From the NCBI RefSeq assembly GCF_000315625.1, contig NW_005434667.1, positions 1,045,061-1,109,060 on the forward strand: DNA of 64,000 bases, given 5' to 3'. Position numbers and translations under genes: made by a program. This stretch comes from Guillardia theta CCMP2712 (lineage: Eukaryota; Protista; Cryptophyta). Of the stretch, positions 13,101 through 22,908 are shown piece by piece; position 1 is the stretch's first letter; each line of letters opens with the position of its first letter. Under the pieces are notes generated by a model. The model was not told the DNA's origin. It saw only the letters and a program-made list of their open reading frames with translations, and ran no database searches.

Positions 13101-13998
13101 TGAGGTGATGGCGCGAGAAGATCGAAAGAGGATGGTACAACCTCTGCTCGCCCAACCAGCTCCGAGCTCGCAACGTGCTGGAGGCCAGCTGGACTTGCCC
13201 CCCGACAAGTCACGTACGGTCCTTCTGGATCCCGACAACCTTCTGCCCATCGAGGATGGGGTCGAGTCGTACATAGAGCTGAAGAGGAGGAGCATGCGAG
13301 CGATGGAGAGGAAAGTGATCTTCCGTACGACCTCCTCATCCTCATCCTCCTCCTCGGCCTCAGCCCTTGAGCATTTGGATTCGCTTGCCACCATCTTCGA
13401 GTCTGTCCTCGTCGGGCAGAATTGGGACAGGAGGAGGAGCTATGGGAGAGGGCGGGCCGTTGACAGGAGGAGCAGGTACTTCTTTTCTAGCATGGAGGGG
13501 ACGATCAAACGGATCTCTTCAAGTTCCTTCATGGAGGAGGAAGGCGCGATACCCAGCAGCTCCAAGGACATGGCAGAGCAGTCCATCCTTGCCCGGCTGC
13601 TGGTGGAGGGTCGGGCGACGACTCAGTCCTCCCGCTCCTCCTCCCGTCAGTTCGACTTCCTTCGGGATCTCAGAAGCCACCTAGAACAATTCCTCAACTC
13701 CATGGTTGACATCGATTCGAATCGCGTCAAAATCATTAGGATGAACCAGCACAACTCGCTGCAGGATGAGGAAATCGACTCCGTGCTCTCCTTCGATGCC
13801 GACATTCAGATTGCTCCTCCTACCTTCGACAGATACTCCACCTTCAACGCTCCTGCCAACGTCATCTGGGAGCATCTGAGGAAGAGGTTCGGGCAGGAAG
13901 GACACTGTTTCACACAACTCGTGCTAGAGGAAGAAGTCATTTCCTTCAAAATTTCAATGCGCCATCTCAGTAGCAAGGTAGACCTCTCTCTTCTTTAA
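9829..13998 (+). CDS. large intronless acidic/serine-rich hypothetical protein (~1390 aa)
   Basis: 4.2-kb open frame, first ATG at 9829; poly-D/E tracts; short ordered segments in the C-terminal half. Confidence 0.75.
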
Positions 13999-14166
13999 AA
14001 AAAAGGTCTCTCGCTCTCTCCTCTCTCTCTCTTTCCTCTCGCTTTCTTCTCCTCCCTGCCCCTCTACAAACACATACACACACTTCGGCCACTCCATCCC
14101 TCTGTTCGTCGCTCCTCCTCCTCCTCTGGGTCTCCTGGTTGAGCCGAAAGCAAACACGAGCTGCTG

Positions 14167-15571
14167 CTACCTCGCGTTCTGGCGCCTCCTGATAATGTAC
14201 AGCAACAAGACGGACAGGCCGATACTAGGGGAGGATGTTGAAGACTGAGTTCTCCTTCTCCTCAATGCGGATGGCGGAGAAGTACTGCCTTGGTGTTGGA
14301 AGCTTCTCGTCCTCTCCGAAAGGAGAGACTTGAGGCGAGGCAGGAGCGTCTTGTTTGCATCTGCAAGGAATATACTTGTCAGTTCCCGGGTGGAGAGCAC
14401 AGCAGGGATGCGACATGCTTGCTTTACCTTGCCATCTTGCTGACTTCAGCGGCTGAATCTGGAGTCCATGCCAGCCCCCTGCACAGCAGGTCAGTGACTC
14501 CTTCGGTTCCCACATTCACATCTGAATGGTCTCGATACTCGTCACAAATCCTAAATCAACCAAAACAGCTTTCATGTGCAATACGTTCTCCTCTTTTCTC
14601 TTTATATCTGAATGATCTGCTCACCTCGTGTGACCCCCCTTGGCCGTCGGTGATAGGACGGTTCCTGACCCACAGGTTTGATTTAAGTCTATTTGCGTCC
14701 CCTGGAATTTCGGCGTCTGTCTCTTATCGTTGAGAGCTGAAGCGGTTGTCTGTGTGGTATCTTTCACTTTCCACGCATTGTCATTGTTTTCTCCATTCTT
14801 CTCGTTGGCAGGCATTTCTTTCGCATTGGGATCCTTTGCCGGTGCCCATGTATACTGAGGATCCAAGATGGTGTAGGAGGTGCTCGTGATCTCGAACACG
14901 TCATGTTTGAAGTTTTCCGGGGGATTGGAGTCGATTCTACAGGGAGCAGTCATTGGGATATTGTTTCGCTTCAGGTCTGTTTGAGGCTTCACCACGTCGT
15001 TAGGCATAGAACGTCGGATTCCTCGCATGCCCATGTTACTGTAGCCGTTCAAAGAGACCCTCTCCAAGGAAGGAAACGAGGATACGGTTCTCTGATTCCC
15101 TTCATAGAGCACTCGAGATCTGCTCGAGCTGCAGCAGCAAAGATCGCACTCGTCGCCGAAAGTAGAAAACAAATCCTTTTCCTTCGGACCTCGTGTCGTG
15201 CTCGTGGACTCTGGCCTGGCAAAGAGAGACTTCAGGTCCTTCTCATACCAAGGTTGCTCAAAAGAACGGTTGTTGTCGTCCTGCACTACACGATGGTCCT
15301 TCATATCACAACCATCCTGAGCTGGCATTTTTGCAGTCTTTCCATTTCTGTGAGGTTCATGTTCTTGAACCCTGTTGACTCCGCAACCAGTCGTAGGGTT
15401 GTTATGATGGCCCAAAGTGGAACTCGTCATTTCCTGCATGGCGTCGTCATCTAGCATTCTACCATCCTTTTGCTGCCATGGTTGCGCCATATCCTTTGTC
15501 GTCTTGTCGTCGCCATCGTCTCGGCTCTCTGCCCACTCCCGCCCATGATTCGCGCCCATTTCAAATCGCAA
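14167..15571 (-). CDS. hypothetical multi-exon protein with a hydrophobic C-terminal tail
   Basis: 316-aa ORF ending at a GTGAG donor (~14625), small downstream exons, last exon ends IGLSVLLLYIIRRRQNAR*. True start is uncertain. Confidence 0.5.
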
Positions 15572-15818
15572 GCGACAAGGCCCAACACTACACCACCCCA
15601 GAAACCCTGGAAGGCGGACCCCTGCTTCGCTATTGAAGAACCCCTACCTCTCCTACAGAACTTTGACTAGCTACCAGGTGGGGTACATGACCCTACGAAG
15701 GAAATGGGTATCTTGCGCCCACTGAATACCACCCCACCCATACCTTTTAGCTTTTATTGGACCCCCCATTCAAACAACCACCCACCCTAGTCTCTTCGAG
15801 ATAGGCGCGTCAGTCAGG

Positions 15819-16976
15819 ATGGCAGGGCAGCCCACGATGGAGCAGATGAAGGAGGTGAACAAGAACATGCTCCCTGCTCCCTGCTCCCTGCTCCATGCTC
15901 CATGCTCCATGCTCCATGCTCCTTGCTCCTTGCTCCTTGCTCCTTGCTCCTTGCTCCTGCTCCTGCTCCTGCTCCCGTTCCTGCACCCCGTGATCTTTTT
16001 TTCCTGCACCCCTGTATTTGCTCCAGCTCCTTGCTCCAGCTTCTTGCTCCGGATTCCAAACTTTGCTTGTTCTCCTTGCAATCATGATCATCATGATCAA
16101 CCTGGTCGCGATTTACACATGTCGTTTGTACTACACTGTTCTCGTTGCATATCATCGCACCTTGCCCTGTATTCACTGTTCTCCTTGCCACACGCTCTTT
16201 TTGCCACCCTAATCATTCACGAATGAATCACGCTCTGTGCGTTTTAGCTTACTAGAGTGTAGGCGTTTTCTTGCTTCACAGACCCTCACGTACCTCCTGG
16301 GCAAGGGACGATTACCACCAAGTAATATTTATTCCCACTCTTCCCAGCGCAATCATCCAGCGACTGATGGTTTTAATACTTGCTCTTGTTAGAGATCTGA
16401 GGACTCTTGTTCGGGCCCTTGGAAAGAATCCAACTCAGGTCTGTGCACCAGGATCGAACGCGTGACAAGACAGACGTGATGTGATGCGCAGGAGGAGCTG
16501 AACAAGTTGTGCAACGAGGTCGATCCCAATGGGGAGGGGAACGTCACTTTCAACACTTTCGTGAATGTCAGCGTTGCAACGCACTAGGACAAGCTTGACT
16601 CTGATGATGACTCCAGGTGATGTCGCTGCCCATGAGGGCCTTGGAAACCGAGCAAGAGCTCCTTGCAGCGTATGAAGTCCTATCTGTTTGAATTATGCGC
16701 ATGGTGATCGAGACTGCAGCTTCCAAGCCTTTGACAAGGACGGCAATGGTTTCTTGAAGGACCAAGAGTTCGCCCTTGTCATGCGCACATTCGGAGAGTG
16801 TTTGGTGAGTTTCCTTTCCCTTCCTCTGATGTCATACCTGACGGGACACACGGAAGACTGATGAGGAAGTCGACATCCTGCTACAAGAGTCGCGACCATA
16901 CAGGGATGAAGAGGGGTTGATCAACTACAGGGCGTATGCGCATCTCCTGTTGACCGGTCCCCCCGCACGCAGATAA
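15819..16976 (+). CDS. calmodulin-like four EF-hand protein
   Basis: Spliced: MAGQPTMEQMKE|AFSCFTDPHVPPGQGTITTK|DLRTLVRALGKNPTQ|EELNKLCNEVDPNGEGNVTFNTFVN|VMSLPMRALETEQELLAA|FQAFDKDGNGFLKDQEFALVMRTFGECL|TDEEVDILLQE...GLINYRAYAHLL; collinear with calmodulin; missed by the ORF track. Confidence 0.88.
15868..15975 (+). repeat. heptamer minisatellite (CTCCCTG/CTCCATG/CTCCTTG)n grading into (CTCCTG)n, intronic
   Basis: Directly visible tandem array inside intron 15855-16262. Confidence 0.9.
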
Positions 16977-17243
16977 AGCCTCTTCCTTTAATATCTTCAT
17001 CGGATTCAATATACCATTAAATGCCACTCAGACTCAAACTTCACACTCAGTCGGATGTTGGTGATGGTCAAGAGCCTGACTCGTTACTTGAGAGCCTGAC
17101 AAGTTACTTCAAGCCACCTACAAGCCTCCGTTTGCCCGGCGACACGGACTAGTATGGTAAGAGATGCCCCATTAACTTTGTTGTTTTTGGATGAGGCGGA
17201 CTCGATGTCTGATACCTAGGGCATATTTGCAGGAGGTTTATCG

Positions 17244-20200
17244 ATGCCGTGGCAGCCACTGGCCCATCTTGTTCGAGGAGGAGGAGGAGGAGGAGGAGGA
17301 GGAGGAGGAGGAATGCCTCGAGTAGGACGAGGACTGTGTGTCACAGGAGGAAGAGCGCTGGCAGCATGCAAGACTCTTGGAGAGAACAGGGTGCGATCAC
17401 CAACTGCTCTCGATCCTTACACCATGTGGCGGGTGGGGAGGACGAAGAGCAGCTGGTGCAGCCAACGCGTTCGATGGCAGAGTAGCGACTCGATGGATGG
17501 ACTGACACCGGACGAGAGGAGACTCCGTGAGAGATTGCTCGCTGAAGCAACTCTGAAGGAGACAACCCAGGTAAACCTGCTCGCCTTGCTACATAGCCCT
17601 CCTGACTGCTATTTTGGAAGGGCTACCAGTCCATATTGGAGGAGAGTAGGAGGAAGATCGAGACTCTCAAGAATGCCGCTCATGCTGAGAGCGTTCTTAA
17701 GGAGCACGGCAAGGACGGTGTCGGGACAACCCTGGGAGAATCGGGAGCGGTGCCGAAGGCTTCCAAGGCAACACCGCTCACCAATCTGCTGAAGCAGCGG
17801 CTGGCGATCAGCCCGATGACGGTAGCGGAGTACATGACGATCGCTCTGAACCATCCCGAGCACGGGTACTACCAGACAAGAGAGGTCTTCGGCACCCAAG
17901 GAGACTTCACGACCGCTCCAGAAATCAGTCAGATGTTCGGGGAGATCATGGGGATCTGGGTTCTTTACACCTGGCAGCTCCTGGGATGCCCAGCCAAAGT
18001 CCAGCTGATCGAGCTGGGGCCAGGAAGAGGCACCATGATGCTGGATATCATGCGGACATGCGGCATGCATCGTCCCTTCCTCGAGGGGTTGACGGTTCAC
18101 CTAGTCGAGGCCTCTGCCAAGTTGAAGAAGTTGCAATCTGAGAAGCTCGTGGGAGGTATACTAGGCTTTGATCCTTCTTATCTCCATCTCGTCCCCTCCT
18201 CCCTGTCCTCGTCTCCTTCTCTTTCGCCCCTGTTTGTTAGCTCCTCTTCCTCGCATTCGTTTGCTGAGCTTTCCGTTCCTGACTAGTTGGGATGTTTCAG
18301 AAACTGCCCAGAATGACGCAGGAAATCGTGTACAGGGAGGTGTTACAATTCCATTCTCCTGGCACGATGACTTCTCCAAGGCGAGCATGCGCAGCTTCGC
18401 TCACCCCCTCCACATGGTTCACAGTACTGCAGGTTCCGGTCATCCCTGGTGCCTGCTCCATCATCCTCGCGCAGGTCACATCGTATCCAGACGCTTCTCA
18501 GCGCCAGCTCATTCTGTTGTTCAGGAGTTCTTTGATTGCCTTCCTGTCCACCAATTCGTCCATACCGAGAGAGGGTTGTCTTGTTTCCTGCAATCCCGTG
18601 AAAGAAGGAAACGCGCTGACAGATGAAGCAGGTGGTGCGAGAAGATGGTTGATATCGCTCCTTCCGACAGTCCCGATCACCTTCGTTTCGTCCTCTCCAA
18701 CGGCCCCACTGCTGCCTCCAAGATGTGCCTCTTGGACAGCATCATCCCCAACCTGGCGAGCAAGGTAGGGGAGCTGTTGGTTGCCTGAGACGTGATCGGT
18801 GAAGAGCAGAAGCTCAACGAGGGGGTAGAATTGAGCCCCCAGTCTTGGTACATAGCCCGACAGATTGCCACGAGGGTGATACTCGAAATTTGTCCTGCCT
18901 CTGCCTCTCCCCCACCCTCGTTTCCTCTTCTCCTTTTCTCCTATAACCATTTCCTACCTTTCTCGCCTCCACCTTGACGTTTAAATGTACTCATGCTTGT
19001 GTCGTCGTGCAGGTGCGACAGTCTGAAGGAGCCGCCCTCATCGTCGACTACGGCAACAACGAGTGCGCAGCAGACACGCTGCAGGTCTCTCCCATCTTGC
19101 TGCTCCTGCTTCTCATGCCCGCTCAGGCTGTGAAGAATCACAAGTTTGTGCCCGTGCTCGAGGAGCCAGGTAGGGCTGCGGGAGGAGGAGAAGCGGGAAG
19201 GTCGACGGAGCAAGAGAAAGTTGACAGCATGACTCGCAGGAGAATGCGACCTCACCAGCCACGTCGATTTCTCTGCCATCAAGAGATCAGCGCTGCAGGA
19301 CCTTCTGAGCAAGGAGGATGTGGCAAAAGTTTCCCGTAAGCCTCTCCCTTCCTCCTGCTCCTCCTCATTTGATCGGCAGAGAGTGCAGTCGACAAGGTCT
19401 CCGACGCTGTCAAAGCGTATCAGGAGAAGTTGTCGGTACTTGAGAGCGAGGCCAAAAGTAAGGTGAGATCAAGGAGGATAAAATTCACTGAACACAGGGG
19501 GGAGGTGGGGTGGGGGGTTTGAAGGATGGTGGTTGGGGGAGGGGGAGCGAGAAGGTTCAGAGACAGAGAGAGAGGAGCATGGGAAAAAGGAGTTAGGGTT
19601 TAGGGTTTAGGATTTGAAGGAAGTGAATTGTTGGAGGTAGAGAGGAAGGAAGAGGAAGTCAAGGAGTGGGGGTCGGGATGAGAAATAGTAGTAGAAGGGG
19701 TTAGGAGGAGGAGGGGAGGAGGAGGAGGAGGAGGAGGAGGAGGAGGAGTAAACTAGATAATGTCGCAGTCTCTCTCGCAAGAGCGCATCAAGGAAGCATT
19801 CGAACAGCTCCGTGAGCAAGTGTCTGTGAGCTGAGCCTCGCTGCAAGGGTGCTGCGTTTACAGTATGTGACAGGAAGGTGATGTGAGCTCGAAGTCGGCA
19901 GCAGCTGGAACAGGAGCTGGCACTGCACGAGGAGAGCCAGGAGACGTCCTCGTCCACGGCCCGGTCACTCAGTGCGCCTTCCTTCATGCCATGGGCATCC
20001 GCGAGCGCGCGCAAGCGCTGTACAGTGCATCCCAAGAAGAGTAAGCGTCAGCCCAGCTGGGCTCTGAGCTGTGAGTGACGTGGCAGCAGGGAGCAGCAGC
20101 AGAAGATCATCAAGCAGTATGAGCGTTTGACCGCTCCCGAGGAGATGGGCGAGCTGTTCAAGGTGAGGTTCAGGTGTCAAATGTGGCCCGCTGATAGAGG

Positions 20201-20350
20201 AGCAGGTCATGGCGATCACATGTTCGAAGTTGAAGCAAGGTAATGAGAGGAGAGGAGAGGAGAGGAGAAGGAGGGATGGTGCAGGAGCGAGGAGGAGAGA
20301 GCAACTGAACGGTGAATGCAGTTGCTGGGATCGAGGAGCCGCAAACTTGA
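17244..20350 (+). CDS. NDUFAF7: mitochondrial protein arginine methyltransferase NDUFAF7/MidA
   Basis: MTVAEYMTIALNHPEHGYY..GDFTTAPEISQMFGE; LIELGPGRGTMMLD (SAM motif); AQEFFDCLPVHQF; ALIVDYG; DLTSHVDF; VHGPVTQCAFLHAMGI; RLTAPEEMGELFKV. Start could be 17244 or ~17313. Confidence 0.92.
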
Positions 20351-20389
20351 GAAGGCCAACCAGGTTTCCATAAATCAATAAACTGCTTC

Positions 20390-21964
20390 CTACATGCCCG
20401 GCAGCTTCACCATCCCTCGCCTCGCTCCTCCTGGGCCCTGAGCCGAAGCTTCAATCCCCTTCCTCCTCCTCCTCCTCCTCTCGCCAGAGTTCACATACCT
20501 TAGGACGGAGCAGGATTGGAACAGAACTGCTCTCAGCAGCTGTGCGGGCGTGGGTAAGCAGCGAGCACCAACTTGAAACAGACGCACCTTCGGAGGAAGG
20601 CACAAGTTCTGACTCCGTTAAATCGCTCGCTTCTCTTACCTCCAGCTATTTGCACATTGCATCAAAAAGTCTTTCCAAACTCTCCTCCTCCTCCACAACC
20701 ACCACCACCATCGACTAACCTTGACGTCAAGAGAAATTCCCTGCACCTCGGCCTCATCACAGACGGCAGCCTGCAAAATTTGTTTTTCACCAATTTTGAT
20801 TAAGACAGGAAGGTGACATGGAGGAGGAGGCAGAGGTCAAGGGCATGTAGGAGGAGAACCGAGGAGAGGAGAGGGAGAGGAGGGAAAGGAAGAGAGAGAG
20901 AAGGTACGGAGGGCGAAAGGAACCTTTGCTGTTGAGTAGAGCATCTTCTCTCGGACCTGCATCACTTCAGCTTTGCGTCATGTGCAGCGGCACGTGACCT
21001 TTGCTCCCTCCGGGCAGTAGAGGATGAAGACGGTCACAGTCTGCTCTGATCCTCCTGCGAGAGCTCAACGATGAACGAGCAGGTCAGGGTTCCTCATACC
21101 CGCTGCATGCGAGAAGAGGAGGAACTTCGGCTCGGAGGTCGAGAACAACTTTTCCTTGATGCTCGAGAAATCTCCCTGTAGTAACGTCATGCTACTCCAA
21201 GTCACCAAGGGCCTGTTACCTCCTGCATCACGTGTTCGAGCTCGATGGTTTCCTTGCTCTGCTCTACCTGGAGGAACACAGCTTTGTTCTCGCTCGACTT
21301 GAATGCGACTAGCGCTGCCTTGGCATCCTCTGACATTGGGAACTTGACCGCATGAACGTATGACTTTGACACGCCTGTATGAATATGCGTGTTGCTCTCC
21401 TGCAGTGAGGTCGAAAATGAGGGATAGAAGACTAGAACACGCGCTTGCCTTTGCTCGCATCCTCTCGGATGGCGACATTAAAGAAAGTCTCTCAGTCTCG
21501 GACACGACCGTCGACTTCTGATAACTCGCGTACGACATCTCATCGAGGTCCGTAGCATGCATCTCCGCAACAAACGAGGAGGAGCCCAGGTCGCGCTTCA
21601 AGGAGTCGCGAGAGCTGGCATACAACATCTTCATACGCACTTTGGAGTTCTCTGGGACATATAGCGCAAGCAGCCATCCAGGTTTAGGGCCCTCATCGAT
21701 GCGGAAGAGGATGTAACTAGGTGCGTCTTCATCGAGAATTTTGGTCATCGCCTCGAAGTCTGTGTAGAGGCTGTCAGCGAGGGATATCAAGCATCTGCTC
21801 CACGCACCTGATTTCTCATCCCCGCTCACGTTTCCCCTCTCAGTGATGACTATCTGCTTGTCCTCGATCTGAGCCTTGAGGAATCTGATCTCCTTACCTT
21901 CCTTGGCTTTCGAGAACTCTTCAACCAGCTCGGGCGATGCTGTGATCCCGCTTGCGTGCGACAT
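20390..21964 (-). CDS. TWF: twinfilin (two ADF-H domains)
   Basis: MSHASGITASPEL..; WLLALYVPENSKVRMKMLYASSRDSLKRDLG; second domain VFILYCPEGAKVREKMLYSTAK; basic tail GPGGARRG. Confidence 0.9.
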
Positions 21965-22191
21965 GTTGGTTCTGTCAAGACCAGAGAATCAGCACTGCTA
22001 TGCAAACCAATCACAATTCGTTTATCTATGTTCAAAACGCCAACCAATCCCGCTCTTCCACCCTTCTCGCGTTGTCTCGCCACACCTGACTCTCTATCCA
22101 CCATAACTGTCCCTCATCCCTTTGATCCTCATCTTCTCGTTGTCCTTGGTGGGTTTTGACCAGCATCGTTCTGCTGCTGGCTATTCTCTTT

Positions 22192-22227
<36 letters not shown>

Positions 22228-22374
22228 CTCGTCCTCCTTCCTTCGCAGCCTGCACCGCCCAGCACAGCATAGCTCTACCCCTTCTTACAACCCTCTGAAC
22301 ACCTACCCCTCCCATAAAATCAAGAAGGCAGCAATTACGAATTAAGAACCATGAGACTTTTCGGAAGACAGCGA

Positions 22375-22780
22375 TCGGAAGCGCCGCCCGGCCCGGCCGG
22401 CAGTGTGCTCGGACTCCGAGTCCGAGCCGGCCCCCGGCAGCCGGGCGGCCGGATCCCGGGCTACCGTACCGCCACTCGGATATCATAATGACTCAGTTTT
22501 ACTCAAAGTCACAAGTAAGTTAAAAAATGCAGACTGTCATACTGACGGCGGTAGGCCGGGTACGGTCCGAGACGACGTGACGGTCCGACGGCACCGTCAC
22601 TGCGGTGACCGGCGGCTGGCTTTCAGTGGCGGCGGCCGGGGCCCGGCACTCCGAGGCCGCTCCGAACTCGTACACTGTTACTTAACTTGAGTAAAACCAT
22701 GTATCAATGACTGAGTGTCCTCGTACTGATTGTTAACTTAACATTGAGTAAAACCAGTTGTAGTATCAATGACTGAAAGG
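22375..22780. repeat. GC-rich intergenic island with inverted/direct TTGAGTAAAAC repeats
   Basis: CCGG/CGGCCG-rich core; GTTTTACTCAA (~22496) is the reverse complement of TTGAGTAAAAC (~22687 and ~22744). Confidence 0.5.
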
Positions 22781-22908
22781 ACGAGACCGTCTGACATGTC
22801 TTGAAAGTTCCGGACAGCACAAATGTTGACTATAGAACCATATAGAACAGGAATATTGACTAGGGAACCGATTAGAGGGGCAGGTGTCCAAAGTGAAGCG
22901 TCTCGTCA

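Noticed and set aside
15770-16226. Overlapping ORFs with repetitive peptides (also 58318-58618, 53543-53987, 31616-32182, 9685-10266)
   Set aside because: Stop-free translations of microsatellites or antisense shadows of real genes.
19593-19611. TTAGGG-TTTAGGG-TTTAGG telomere-like repeat (also CCCTAAACCC at ~2795 and ~50500)
   Set aside because: Fewer than three units inside a purine-rich intron; compatible with chance.
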